Assembly: GCA_964584195.1 (NCBI GenBank)
Contig: CAZOZD010000001.1
Location: forward strand, 1-32,721
Length of the DNA stretch: 32,721 bases
Direction of reading: 5' to 3'
Source: an uncultured Burkholderiales bacterium
GTDB lineage: Bacteria; Pseudomonadota; Gammaproteobacteria; Burkholderiales; Thiobacillaceae
Every line of letters starts with the position of its first letter. Positions within the stretch are counted from its first letter, which is position 1. Both the position numbers and the translations under genes were made by a program. Below are positions 1 through 7,910 of this stretch, piece by piece. The notes beneath the pieces are model-generated. The model was given only the letters and a program-made list of their open reading frames with translations, was not told where the DNA came from and made no database searches.

Positions 1-631
1 GGAAGGCTGCACCCAGTGCAAGCGCTGCACCGTGGAATGCCCGTTCGGCGCCATCGACGAGGATGAAAAGCGCTTCCCGCTGTTCAATGAGTCGCGCTGC
101 CGTCGTTGCGGCACCTGCATGGGCGCCTGCCCGGTGCGCGTGATCTCGTTCGAAAACTACTCTGTGAATACGGTGGGCGCGCAGATCAAGGCCGTCGACA
201 TCCCCGACGAGTTCTCCGAGAAACCGCGCGTGCTGATCCTCGCCTGCGAGAACGACGCCTATCCGGCGCTCGACATGGCCGGCATGAACCGTCTGGAGTA
301 CGACCCCTTCGTGCGCATCATCCCGGTGCGCTGCCTCGGTTCGGTCAACACCATCTGGATCACCGACGCGCTCAACTCTGGCTATGACGGCGTCATGCTG
401 ATGGGCTGCAAGCACGGCGAGCAGTACCAGTGCCACTTCGTCAAGGGCTCCGAGCTGGGCCGTTACCGCATGTCCAAGGTGTACGACACCCTCAAGGGCA
501 TGAACCTGGAGACCGAGCGCCTGATGGATCTCGAAGTCGCCATCACCGACATCGAGACCCTGCCGAAGAAGATCAACGAATACGCCGCGAAGATCGTCGA
601 AATGGGCATGTCCCCGTTCAAGGGTCTGTAA
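1..631 (+). CDS. HdrA/QmoB-like subunit, C-terminal part only (5' end lies outside the window): two 4Fe-4S ferredoxin motifs followed by an MvhD-type domain
   Basis: Frame 2 is open from base 2 with no upstream stop (EGCTQCKRCTVECPFG...). Contains CxxCxxCxxxCP motifs (CTQCKRCTVECP, CRRCGTCMGACP). These are followed by a Cys-containing MvhD-like region (LILACENDAYPA...IPVRCLGSV...LMGCKHGEQYQCHF). Stop TAA at 629-631. The next gene's ATG (644) is preceded by the SD AGGAG. Confidence 0.8.
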   Translation, partial: EGCTQCKRCTVECPFGAIDEDEKRFPLFNESRCRRCGTCMGACPVRVISFENYSVNTVGAQIKAVDIPDEFSEKPRVLILACENDAYPALDMAGMNRLEYDPFVRIIPVRCLGSVNTIWITDALNSGYDGVMLMGCKHGEQYQCHFVKGSELGRYRMSKVYDTLKGMNLETERLMDLEVAITDIETLPKKINEYAAKIVEMGMSPFKGL

Positions 632-643
632 GAGGAGATCAGC

Positions 644-1276
644 ATGAGCGATATGAATCAGCAGATGGCGGCCAAGTACCGGAACAACTTCCTCAAGGAG
701 ATCGAGGAACAGGCCGAGATGGGTGACTGGGTCAAGATGTGCATGCAGTGCGGCGTATGCTCCGGCTCCTGCCCGACCAACTTTCATTCCGGCTGGGACC
801 ATCCGCCCCAGGAGATCTTCATGTTGATCCGCGCCGGCAAGCGCGACGAGGTGCTCAATTCAAACTCCATGTGGAATTGCGTCTCGTGCTACAACTGCTA
901 CGTGCGCTGCCCGCGCAAGGTGCCGATCACACACATCATGCATGGCATTGCCGAGTACGCTTACCGCATCGGCCGCGCCCCGAAAAACCAGCCCACCCTG
1001 CACCTTTCCCAGACATTCTGGAACAACGCCACCAAGACCGGCCGCGTCAATGAAGTCCAGCTCACCCAGAGCCTGTACTTCAAGAACGGCATCGGCGATG
1101 GTATCAAGCAGGCCATGGCGATGCAGGACGTCGCCCTGGGCCTGGTCAAGGCCGGCCGCCTCAACCCCCTGGAGGCGCTGGGCATGGGGCACAAGTGCAA
1201 GGACATCAAGGGCATCCACGCCATGCTGGCCAAGGCACGCGAACTGGAAGCCAAGCGCAAGGGCCGCGCGGCCTAA
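644..1276 (+). CDS. hdrC: Heterodisulfide reductase subunit C-like iron-sulfur protein
   Basis: 210 aa with two Cys clusters typical of HdrC (CMQCGVCSGSCP and CVSCYNCYVRCP). SD AGGAG lies 6-7 nt upstream of the ATG at 644. Sits between the HdrA/QmoB-like and HdrB-like genes. Confidence 0.85.
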   Translation: MSDMNQQMAAKYRNNFLKEIEEQAEMGDWVKMCMQCGVCSGSCPTNFHSGWDHPPQEIFMLIRAGKRDEVLNSNSMWNCVSCYNCYVRCPRKVPITHIMHGIAEYAYRIGRAPKNQPTLHLSQTFWNNATKTGRVNEVQLTQSLYFKNGIGDGIKQAMAMQDVALGLVKAGRLNPLEALGMGHKCKDIKGIHAMLAKARELEAKRKGRAA

Positions 1277-1289
1277 GGAGAGAATGAAG

Positions 1290-2186
1290 ATGGCTAAGAA
1301 AGAATACGCGTTCTACCCCGGCTGCTCGTCGCAGAAGGGCGCTTCCGCATCCAACTACCTGGTGTCGGTGGAGTCCATGTGCAAGACCTTGGACGTCAAG
1401 ATTACCGAGATCCCCGACTGGAACTGCTGCGGCGCCTCGATCAGCTATGCCGAGGCCGGCGAGCTGCCGCGTCATGTCATGAATGCCCGCAACTTTGCCC
1501 TGTCCGAACAGAACCTGCCCGGCCAGGACATCGTCGCCACCTGCGCCGCATGCTGGCTCGGCGCGCGTGAATCCAAGGAGCGCCTGGAGCACAACTCCGT
1601 GCTCATGGCCGACACCCAGGAAGCCCTCAAGGAGGCCGGTCTCAACATCAAGGTCATCCCCGAAGTACGGCACATGGTCGAGGTGCTGATCGAGGATCTT
1701 GGCTATGCCGAGCTGGCCAGTCATGTGAAGAAGCCGCTCGAAGGCATGAAGTTCGCCGGCTATGTCGGCTGCCAGACCAACCGTCCGTTCGGCATTGCCG
1801 GCGAGTCGTTCGAAAACCCGATGTATCTCGACAAACTGGTCGAATCGGTGGGTGCCGAGGCGACCCGCTTCGATCAGAAGGTTACCTGCTGTGGCGGCGC
1901 GCTCGCCTTCTCCGAGCCGGACAAGGCGCAGGCCCAGATCAAGGATATCATCGAGGCCGCCTACGACTCCGGTGCCGAGATGCTGGTTACCCCCTGTCCG
2001 CTCTGCCAGGCCAACACCGAGGTATATCAGGGCCAGATCAACAAGAAATACGGCACCAAGTTCAACATGCCGGTGCTGTACTACTCGCAGCTGATGGTGC
2101 TGGCCTACGGTGGTTCTGCCAAGGATGCCGGCCTCAATGGTCAGGTCATCAAGGCGCGCAAGCTGGAAGAATTTGCGTCCAGGTGA
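1290..2186 (+). CDS. hdrB: Heterodisulfide reductase subunit B-like protein (two CCG domains)
   Basis: MAKKEYAFYPGCSS...DWNCCGAS...GCQTNRP...VTCCGGA...TPCPLCQ is the duplicated CCG-domain pattern of HdrB. SD AAGGAG at 1275-1280. ATG at 1290 (1284 is an alternative). The track ORF starting at 942 is an out-of-frame overlap with hdrC and was discarded. Confidence 0.85.
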   Translation: MAKKEYAFYPGCSSQKGASASNYLVSVESMCKTLDVKITEIPDWNCCGASISYAEAGELPRHVMNARNFALSEQNLPGQDIVATCAACWLGARESKERLEHNSVLMADTQEALKEAGLNIKVIPEVRHMVEVLIEDLGYAELASHVKKPLEGMKFAGYVGCQTNRPFGIAGESFENPMYLDKLVESVGAEATRFDQKVTCCGGALAFSEPDKAQAQIKDIIEAAYDSGAEMLVTPCPLCQANTEVYQGQINKKYGTKFNMPVLYYSQLMVLAYGGSAKDAGLNGQVIKARKLEEFASR

Positions 2187-2211
2187 AGTCGAGGCTGCCT
2201 GCCAATTGAAG

Positions 2212-2235
2212 AACGGGGGCTGCAGCCCCCGTTTC
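2212..2235 (+). terminator. Stem-loop terminator after hdrB
   Basis: Perfect 20-nt palindrome ACGGGGGCTGCAGCCCCCGT (2213-2232) followed by TTTCC. Lies 27 nt after the hdrB stop. Confidence 0.55.
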
Positions 2236-2277
2236 CAATTCTGCGGCCTGGCTCGAGAGTGGTCTGGCGGCGAGAGG

Positions 2278-2305
2278 TTGCTTTTGCAATGCCGGACGGT
2301 ATAAT
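2278..2305 (+). promoter_or_regulatory. Sigma70-type promoter for the tRNA-Pro/Arg/His operon
   Basis: TTGCTT (2278-2283), 16-nt spacer, TATAAT (2300-2305). tRNA-Pro starts at 2316. Confidence 0.55.
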
Positions 2306-2315
2306 TCCCTCCTTT

Positions 2316-2392
<77 letters not shown>

Positions 2393-2434
2393 CGATCCAG
2401 CCCCGACCCGTCCACCGATCGATCGGGATCCCTT

Positions 2435-2511
2435 CTGCCCGTAGCTCAATTGGATAGAGCACCAGCCTTCTAAGCTGGGGGTTACAGGTTCGATCCCTGT
2501 CGGGCAGGCCA
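2435..2511 (+). tRNA. tRNA-Arg (anticodon TCT)
   Basis: Acceptor CTGCCCG/CGGGCAG, D-arm TAGCTCAATTGGATAGAGC, anticodon loop CTTCTAA giving TCT, T-arm ACAGGTTCGATCCCTGT, encoded CCA. Confidence 0.9.
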
Positions 2512-2518
2512 GTTCAAT

Positions 2519-2595
2519 GGCGGTGGTAGCTCAGTTGGTAGAGCACTGGATTGTGGCTCCAGGTGTCGTGGGTTCGATTCCCATCCATCGCCCCA
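2519..2595 (+). tRNA. tRNA-His (anticodon GTG, with encoded G-1)
   Basis: Extra 5' G at 2519. Acceptor GCGGTGG/CCATCGC, anticodon stem-loop CTGGA-TTGTGGC-TCCAG giving GTG, T-arm GTGGGTTCGATTCCCAT, CCA at 2593-2595. Confidence 0.9.
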
Positions 2596-2789
2596 GTTTT
2601 CGATTCCGGTTGGCCTGGCTCTGGGTATGGATGCCAGGCCGCCTGAATGTCCGGAATCTTGCCGATTTTCCCGAATTGCAAAGTACGCGGTCGCGTTTGG
2701 CCATGGCGTGCTGCGCTTGCTTGCCCTAAGCCAGAGGCTGGGCAGGGAATGGACGAGTCGCTGACGCAGGCGAAGGTATCCGGGTGGAA

Positions 2790-2864
2790 TGGCGCCCTCG
2801 ACAGGAATCGAACCTGTAACTGGCCCTTAGGAGGGGCCCGTTATATCCATTTAACTACAAGGGC
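2790..2864 (-). tRNA. tRNA-Arg (anticodon CCT)
   Basis: The reverse complement folds as follows: acceptor GCCCTTG/CGAGGGC (one G-U pair), D-stem GTTA/TAAC, anticodon stem-loop GGCCC-CTCCTAA-GGGCC giving CCT, T-arm ACAGGTTCGATTCCTGT, encoded CCA. Confidence 0.85.
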
Positions 2865-2873
2865 GAGGGCGGC

Positions 2874-2879
2874 ATTCTA
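2874..2879 (-). promoter_or_regulatory. Candidate -10 box (TAGAAT) for tRNA-Arg(CCT)
   Basis: ATTCTA on + equals TAGAAT on -, 9 nt upstream of the tRNA 5' end. No convincing -35. Confidence 0.3.
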
Positions 2880-2968
2880 ACTCAAGGCGGCTGCGGTTCG
2901 GCAGAATCGACCGCCCCTGGGGGATTGCATCGGCGCATGGGCGATCAATAATGACCGTGACGGTCTGG

Positions 2969-3304
2969 CTACCGCGGCGGCAGCCCCGAGTGTTCCAGTT
3001 CGCGGCGCAAGATGCGCCATTCGGCGCGGTCGATCTGACCGTCCGCGAGGAAGATTCGCTCCAGTTCGCGTACACGCGCAGTCGGCGAAAGCCTTGCTCC
3101 TTCGGTCCGGAAATGCGGGCCAGGCGTGCGGTGATGGGGGGGGTGGTATCGTATCGGGCGATGTTCGAGGATTGGTGGCGGGCCGCCCCGATCGACGTGC
3201 ATGCGCAATTCGAAGCCACCGCTGGCTTGGGCCGGAACGGCCGCCAGCAAGACTCCGACGACTGTCAGTGCAACGAGGGCATGGTGGGGTTGGGGGATTT
3301 TCAT
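2969..3304 (-). CDS. Small secreted/periplasmic hypothetical protein (111 aa)
   Basis: Strong SD (AAGGAG, 6-nt spacer) before the ATG at 3304. N-terminal signal peptide MKIPQPHHALVALTVVGVLLAAVPAQA|SG. No family recognised. Overlapping alternative-frame ORFs lack both features. Confidence 0.6.
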   Translation of the reverse strand: MKIPQPHHALVALTVVGVLLAAVPAQASGGFELRMHVDRGGPPPILEHRPIRYHPPHHRTPGPHFRTEGARLSPTARVRELERIFLADGQIDRAEWRILRRELEHSGLPPR

Positions 3305-3321
3305 GGCGCACTCCTTTGGTT

Positions 3322-3360
3322 GAGGTTGCCGCTCCCGGGAAGGCGGGGGCGGGCAACCTC
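3322..3360 (-). terminator. Long GC-rich hairpin between the unknown gene pair and the secreted-protein gene
   Basis: GAGGTTGCC (3322-3330) pairs with GGCAACCTC (3352-3360), with further inner pairing. No U-run follows, so terminator function is uncertain. Confidence 0.3.
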
Positions 3361-3440
3361 AGGATAGGCGCCGGATGTAAGCCGGAGGTGTTCGGCCAGT
3401 TGCAAAATGTAAGCGCTTGTAACCGTTGTCCAGGCGGTAG

Positions 3441-3695
3441 TCAATCCAGCCAGCGGAGCAGGTAGTAGAGGCGGAAGCCTTCCGAGGAACGTGACGGTCC
3501 GGAGACCACCGCGGCATGGTAACCCTCCGCAGGTCGCGCAGCGGCGCGGGCCGCGGCCTCGTCGTCATGCAATGCCACGCAGTTTTCCGGGAATCGCTTG
3601 CGTGATTTTCCGGTCGGGCTGTAGATCACCGCAGGGCGGGTGGCGACCAGCGTTGAGTCTGGATCGCTGATCAGGCTTGAGATTGGCTCGGCCAT
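3441..3695 (-). CDS. Hypothetical protein (84 aa), translationally coupled to the upstream gene
   Basis: The ATG at 3695 overlaps the stop of the upstream ORF (ATGA arrangement). G/C-rich third codon positions. No family recognised. Confidence 0.45.
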   Translation of the reverse strand: MAEPISSLISDPDSTLVATRPAVIYSPTGKSRKRFPENCVALHDDEAAARAAARPAEGYHAAVVSGPSRSSEGFRLYYLLRWLD

Positions 3696-4036
3696 CAGTT
3701 CAGCTTCTTGCCGCCAGGCACGAAATGGAGCATTTCACTGCTGGCCGGGGGGGAGTCTGCATAATAGGGGCGCTCGTTGCGGGTCAGCCCCAAGGCTTCG
3801 GCCAGTTCAGCCTCGCGGGCCGCGATCAGGCCTAGGCACATGCGTACGTTTTCCACCGTCGCATCGGTAAGCGGGCTGGGCTGACCGTCACGCGGGGCGC
3901 AGTCGCGTACGACCGAGGTGAGCGTCTTGCGCATTGCCCGCATGATCTGCTGCTCCTTGCTCAATACATCCTTGTCCGATTCTTCCTGTTCCACGGCCGG
4001 CTCCAAAAAAGTCAAAACCCGATTGTATTCCGACAA
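3695..4036 (-). CDS. Hypothetical acidic protein (about 113 aa; start uncertain)
   Basis: The ORF begins with TTG at 4036 and has no clear SD. Non-repetitive, balanced composition (MSEYNRVLTFLEPAVEQEESDKDVLSKEQQIMRAMRKTL...), unlike the Arg/Ala/Gly-rich artefact ORFs. Coupled to the downstream ORF. Confidence 0.55.
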   Translation of the reverse strand: MSEYNRVLTFLEPAVEQEESDKDVLSKEQQIMRAMRKTLTSVVRDCAPRDGQPSPLTDATVENVRMCLGLIAAREAELAEALGLTRNERPYYADSPPASSEMLHFVPGGKKLN

Positions 4037-4119
4037 GGTGCAGGGTCAACCGCGCCGAATACAGGGTTATGGTCTGATCGTGTCGAGCGATTGAAATGTA
4101 CGTAGCGATCGCCCGGGTG

Positions 4120-4125
4120 TAGAAT
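4120..4125 (+). promoter_or_regulatory. Candidate -10 box (TAGAAT) for tRNA-Arg(CCG)
   Basis: TAGAAT lies 13 nt upstream of the tRNA 5' end. No good -35 at 16-18 nt. Confidence 0.3.
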
Positions 4126-4138
4126 CAGCGCCTCCCAA

Positions 4139-4215
4139 GCGCCCGTAGCTCAGCTGGATAGAGTACTGCCCTCCGAAGGCAGGGGTCGTGCGTTCGAATC
4201 GCGCCGGGCGCGCCA
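4139..4215 (+). tRNA. tRNA-Arg (anticodon CCG)
   Basis: Acceptor GCGCCCG/CGGGCGC, D-arm TAGCTCAGCTGGATAGAGT, anticodon stem-loop CTGCC-CTCCGAA-GGCAG giving CCG, T-arm GTGCGTTCGAATCGCGC, encoded CCA. Confidence 0.9.
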
Positions 4216-4242
4216 ATAAATAAATACCTTACGGTAAGGTGT

Positions 4243-4268
4243 GGGCTTTTTCTTTGAAGCCCGTTTTT
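4243..4268 (+). terminator. Rho-independent terminator after tRNA-Arg(CCG)
   Basis: GGGCTT...AAGCCC stem (4243-4262) followed by GTTTTT. Preceded by a second hairpin ACCTTACGGTAAGGT (4226-4240). Confidence 0.6.
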
Positions 4269-4327
4269 CGCTGCAACCCTGCTGCACTCGGTGCCATACC
4301 CTGTGACCTATGTTCAAGGAGCAGGAG

Positions 4328-4570
4328 ATGGCATCCATCACCAAACGCGGCTCATACCAATTTCAAGCCCAGGTTCGTCGCAAGGGCCACTCCGTCCAAA
4401 CCCGGACCTTTGAGACCAAGTGGGAAGCTGAAGCCTGGGCGACCGTTGTCGAGTTTGAGATGCACCGAGGGGTGCTCATCGCAGGCCGCGTCGCCAAGTG
4501 GAGGCCGGTGCAACAAGCTATCGGGCAGGTCACTCCGGGCCAGCCGGATTCCCCAGTAAAAAATCCATGA
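4328..4570 (+). pseudogene. Tyrosine-recombinase (phage/island integrase) N-terminal remnant, about 80 codons of an expected roughly 400
   Basis: MASITKRGSYQFQAQVRRKGHSVQTRTFETKWEAEAWATVVEFEMHRGV matches, from memory, the characteristic N-terminus of tRNA-targeting island integrases (MASI.KRG..W.AQ.RRKG...S.TF.TK..A..WA...E..M.RG). SD AAGGAG upstream. The reading frame then becomes non-homologous and stops at 4570. No catalytic domain follows. It lies 113 nt after the tRNA-Arg 3' end. Confidence 0.65.
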
Positions 4571-4593
4571 ACTGCACTGACCGGGGTGAGCGG

Positions 4594-5070
4594 TTATGGG
4601 GCGTCATGAATTCCTGTCTCGGTTGAGTCTGTCACACCGAGCCATTGCCTCAACCTGCTCCACGCAGCCTCCAGGTGAGCCTGTGCGGCGGGAGAGAGGG
4701 GGGCGCCGAGTTCGAACGATTCGCCACGGATGGCGAGGACCCAGGCCGGGGGCGGGGCTTCGCCGTAATTTTGGCGGTAGGCGGCCAGCAGTGCTGCAGG
4801 AGACATGGCGTGGGTACTGTAGCTGGGGTCGGGTGCGGCGACCAGCGGGCTGAGTTCGAACGGGGGCGTGGCGGCGACGCTGGCGTCGATGAAGATGACC
4901 CGGCTGCGGTCGGCGAGGTCGAGCACATATTCGACCTGCAGCTGGAAGTCGGTCAGACATTCCACGCCGGGGGGCGCGATCGCTTCCAGGAGTGCGGCGA
5001 TGTGCGGCCCCAGGGCATCGTCGCCGCGGCTGGGGTTGCCGAGGGCGATGACCAGTGTGGGGGCATTCAC
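4594..5070 (-). CDS. hoxW: [NiFe]-hydrogenase maturation endopeptidase
   Basis: 158 aa with the N-terminal LVIALGNPSRGDDALG motif typical of HycI/HoxW proteases. Its start overlaps the hoxH stop by 4 nt. Confidence 0.85.
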   Translation of the reverse strand: MNAPTLVIALGNPSRGDDALGPHIAALLEAIAPPGVECLTDFQLQVEYVLDLADRSRVIFIDASVAATPPFELSPLVAAPDPSYSTHAMSPAALLAAYRQNYGEAPPPAWVLAIRGESFELGAPLSPAAQAHLEAAWSRLRQWLGVTDSTETGIHDAP

Positions 5071-6566
5071 GCCTGGATCCGGCCCTGGCCGTCGCGTTCT
5101 AGCCGGTCGAGGATGCGGCCGCCGGGGCTTTCGAGCTCGAGGCGCAGCGGCATCTTGCCCAGCGCATGGGTGGCGCAGGACAGGCAGGGGTCGAATGCGC
5201 GGATGGCCACCTCGATGTGGTTGAGCAGGCCTTCGGTGAGCTTGCGGCCGTCGAGATACTGGCGCGCCACGGCGCGGATGGCGGCATTCATGGCCTGGTT
5301 GTTGTGGGTAGTGGAGACGATCAGGTTGGCGCGCACCACCTGGTCGTTCTCATCCACCCGGTAGTGGTGGATGAGTGTGCCACGGGGTGCCTCGATGACG
5401 CCCACGCCGCGCGCCTGGCGTTCGCCCTGGGTGACGAGTTCGCCCTCGGAGAGGTCGTCCTCGTGCAGGAGGTCCTTGATCGATTCGGCGGCGAACAGCA
5501 TCTCGATCATGCGCGCCCAGTGGTATGCGAGTGTCGCCCCGGCGGCGCGTCCGGCATCGTGGGCGATGAAGGCCTGGCGCTCTTTCTCGGCCAGCGGGGT
5601 GGGGATGAAGTCGCATTGCGTTACCCGGGTGAGCGGTCCCACCCGGTACCAGCCATTCTCCGGACCGAGCTTGCGCAGGAACGGGAATTTCATGTAGGAC
5701 CAGGGCTTCACTTCCTCGAAGATGTGGTCCCAGTAGTGGCTGTAATCGACGTGGTCGAACACGGTTTCGCCATCCTTGCTGCGGGCGCGCAGGCCGCCGT
5801 GATAGAGGTCCATGGCGCCGTCGGCGCGAATGAGGCCGAGGCTGTGCGCATCGAAGCGTCCGAAGCTGGCATACAGCTCGGGGTTCTGTTCGTACAGCTT
5901 GCGGGCCAGATGCACCGCGTCGCGGCACCAAGCGATGATCTGGTAGATGTCGGCGAGCAGGTAGTCGCGTTCGCCCCGGTTGATGTGGCGGTTGACGCCG
6001 CCGGGGATGGCGCCGGTGCCATGCACGCGCTTGCCGGCGGTGAGCCGGATCACTTCCTGGCCGAACTTGCGTAGCAGGATGCCCTGGCGGGCGATCTCGG
6101 GGTGAGCCTCGATGACGCCGACGATGTTGCGCTGGTTGACTTCGGAGTCGAATCCGAACAGGAGATCGGGCGAGGACAGGTGGAAGAAATGCAGGGCGTG
6201 CGATTGCAGGATCTGGCCGTAGTGCATGAGGCGGCGGATCTTCTCGGCGCTGGGCGTGAGGGTCGCGCCCAGCACCTGGTCCATGGCCTTGGCGGCGGCG
6301 AGATGGTGCGATACCGGGCAGATGCCGCACAGGCGCTGCACCATCACCGGGACTTCCCAGTAGGGCCGGCCCTGGATGAATTTCTCGAAGCCACGGAACT
6401 CGACGATGTGCAGGCGCGCCTGCTGGACGCGGTCTTCGTCGTCGATGAGCAGGGTGACCTTGCCGTGGCCCTCGACACGCGAGAGCGGTTCGATCACCAC
6501 GCGTTTCAGGTTTTCCGGATGCGCGGCGGTTTCCATGTCCTGGGTGGGGTGTGCGACTTCAGTCAT
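5067..6566 (-). CDS. hoxH: NAD-reducing soluble [NiFe]-hydrogenase, large (catalytic) subunit
   Basis: N-terminal RVEGHGKV...RLCGICPVSHH and C-terminal DPCLSCATH Ni-Fe ligand motifs. A C-terminal tail follows the His, as expected for protease processing. An alternative start exists at 6536. Confidence 0.9.
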   Translation of the reverse strand: MTEVAHPTQDMETAAHPENLKRVVIEPLSRVEGHGKVTLLIDDEDRVQQARLHIVEFRGFEKFIQGRPYWEVPVMVQRLCGICPVSHHLAAAKAMDQVLGATLTPSAEKIRRLMHYGQILQSHALHFFHLSSPDLLFGFDSEVNQRNIVGVIEAHPEIARQGILLRKFGQEVIRLTAGKRVHGTGAIPGGVNRHINRGERDYLLADIYQIIAWCRDAVHLARKLYEQNPELYASFGRFDAHSLGLIRADGAMDLYHGGLRARSKDGETVFDHVDYSHYWDHIFEEVKPWSYMKFPFLRKLGPENGWYRVGPLTRVTQCDFIPTPLAEKERQAFIAHDAGRAAGATLAYHWARMIEMLFAAESIKDLLHEDDLSEGELVTQGERQARGVGVIEAPRGTLIHHYRVDENDQVVRANLIVSTTHNNQAMNAAIRAVARQYLDGRKLTEGLLNHIEVAIRAFDPCLSCATHALGKMPLRLELESPGGRILDRLERDGQGRIQA

Positions 6567-7113
6567 AGTGGATCAGTCCATGGCCCAGACGCGGTGTGCG
6601 TCCGGCGAGCAGGTCGGTGAGGAATTTCCAGATGGCGTCGGCGGGCGGCGGGCAGCCGGGAATGAAATAGTCCACCTTCACCACCTCGTGCAGGGGGTGG
6701 ACCTTGTCGAGCGGCAGCGGCAGCTCCGGGTCGTTGGGAATCAGGCCGCCAGTGAGGCCGGGCTCGGTGAGGTAGACCTCCGACAGGCAGGCGGAGAGGT
6801 CGAGGTGGTTGCGTTGCGCCGGCAGGCCGCCGTTGATGGCGCAGGCGCCGATGGCGATGAGGATCTTGCAGTTGTCGCGGAATGCGCGCAGCACATGCAC
6901 GTTCTCGGCATTGCACACGCCGCCCTCGATGAGGCCGATGTCGCAGGGGGACACGTTCTTGATGTCGGTGAGCGGGGTGCGGTCGAACTCGATGTGTTCG
7001 AGCAGGGTCAGTAGACGCTCGTCGATGTCGAGGAAGGACATGTGGCAGCCGAAGCAGCCGGCCAGCGAGGCGGTGGCGACGCGCAACTTGTGGGGGGAAT
7101 CGGTGCTGCTCAT
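6559..7113 (-). CDS. hoxY: NAD-reducing hydrogenase small (FeS) subunit
   Basis: MSSTDSPHKLRVATASLAGCFGCHMSFLDIDE... is the short HoxY-type small subunit. The ATG at 7113 overlaps the hoxU stop (ATGA). The longer track ORF (to 7452) is an in-frame read-through into hoxU and was discarded. Confidence 0.85.
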   Translation of the reverse strand: MSSTDSPHKLRVATASLAGCFGCHMSFLDIDERLLTLLEHIEFDRTPLTDIKNVSPCDIGLIEGGVCNAENVHVLRAFRDNCKILIAIGACAINGGLPAQRNHLDLSACLSEVYLTEPGLTGGLIPNDPELPLPLDKVHPLHEVVKVDYFIPGCPPPADAIWKFLTDLLAGRTPRLGHGLIHYD

Positions 7114-7910
7114 GCGGCATCTCCGGTTTCGGCATCCTCGCAGCTGGCGCAACCGGCGGCGCGGGCGCCTGAATGTGCGGCGGCGTGGGCCAGCGGCCGG
7201 GGCGCATCGCGCAGGGCCTGGGCGCGGATGGGGGAGGCATCGAAGCGGCGTTGGCCGATGGGCTGGATGAAGCCCACCCGCTTCTTCAGGATCACGCCCA
7301 CCGGGCAGACCTCCACCGCCTTGTCGGTGAGGGCCACGTCGGTGTCGGCGAGGCGGCCCGATTCGGCGTTCACCACCAGATGCTTGCCCAGCCCCCGGCC
7401 GGAAAGCGCGAACACGCACTTGCCATCGACCTCGCAGGATGCGCGCACGCACAGCTCGCAGAGGATGCAGCGGTTGAAGTCGAGCAGGAGGTCGGGGTGT
7501 GATGCGTCCACCGGCCGGTCCGGATAGAGGTGGCGAAAGCCGGCGGTCATCACGCCCAGGTCATAGCCGAGCGCCTGCAGCAGGCAGTTGCCGCTTTTCT
7601 CGCAGGAGGGGCAGAAATGGTTGCCTTCGGCGAACAGCATCTGCACCAGGGTGCGGCGCAGGTCGTTGATCTCCTCGGTCTCGCTTTCCACCGCCAGATC
7701 GGCCTGGGCCGGCAGGGTGCATGCGGCGGCGGTGCGGCCGGCGGCCTTGACGGTGCACACCTTGCAGCTGCCATGCGGCTTGAACTCGGGGTGGTAACAC
7801 AGGTGCGGGATGTAGCGGCCGGCGGCGAGCGCGGCCTGCAGCACGGTCTGGCCGGGCTCGAAAGGCACCGCCTCGCCGTCGAGCATGAAGCTGGGACGCG
7901 GGTCAGTCAT
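7110..7910 (-). CDS. hoxU: NAD-reducing hydrogenase diaphorase FeS subunit (NuoG N-terminal-like, 2Fe-2S plus 4Fe-4S)
   Basis: FMLDGEAVPFEPGQTVLQAALAAGRYIPHLCYHP...GSCKVCTV (2Fe-2S ferredoxin fold), followed by CPSCEKSGNC and CILCELCVRAC clusters. Ends with a tail of roughly 30 aa (C-terminal extension). Confidence 0.85.
   Translation of the reverse strand: MTDPRPSFMLDGEAVPFEPGQTVLQAALAAGRYIPHLCYHPEFKPHGSCKVCTVKAAGRTAAACTLPAQADLAVESETEEINDLRRTLVQMLFAEGNHFCPSCEKSGNCLLQALGYDLGVMTAGFRHLYPDRPVDASHPDLLLDFNRCILCELCVRASCEVDGKCVFALSGRGLGKHLVVNAESGRLADTDVALTDKAVEVCPVGVILKKRVGFIQPIGQRRFDASPIRAQALRDAPRPLAHAAAHSGARAAGCASCEDAETGDAA

Noticed and set aside
942-1289. Long N-terminal extension of the hdrB ORF (track ORF 942-2186)
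   Set aside because: The extension overlaps hdrC in another frame and is Pro/Arg/Ser-rich. A good SD plus ATG at 1290 precedes the conserved MAKKEYAFYPGC start.
2596-2789. Spacer between tRNA-His and tRNA-Arg(CCT), with the hairpin GGCCTGGC...GCCAGGCC (2614-2642) and track ORFs 2517-2729 and 2647-2880
   Set aside because: The ORFs run through tRNA genes and have no SD. The hairpin lacks a U-run and could simply be the tRNA-operon terminator or a processing site. There is not enough evidence to call an sRNA.
7114-7452. N-terminal extension of hoxY (track ORF 6559-7452), and likewise the extensions of hemL (to 22587), thiE (to 23360), the 20043 gene (to 21269), pilG (from 23813), pilH (from 24372), pilI (from 24653) and pilJ (from 25285)
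   Set aside because: The extensions overlap the preceding gene and are Arg/Pro-rich. Homology-consistent internal starts exist, most of them with an SD or ATGA coupling.
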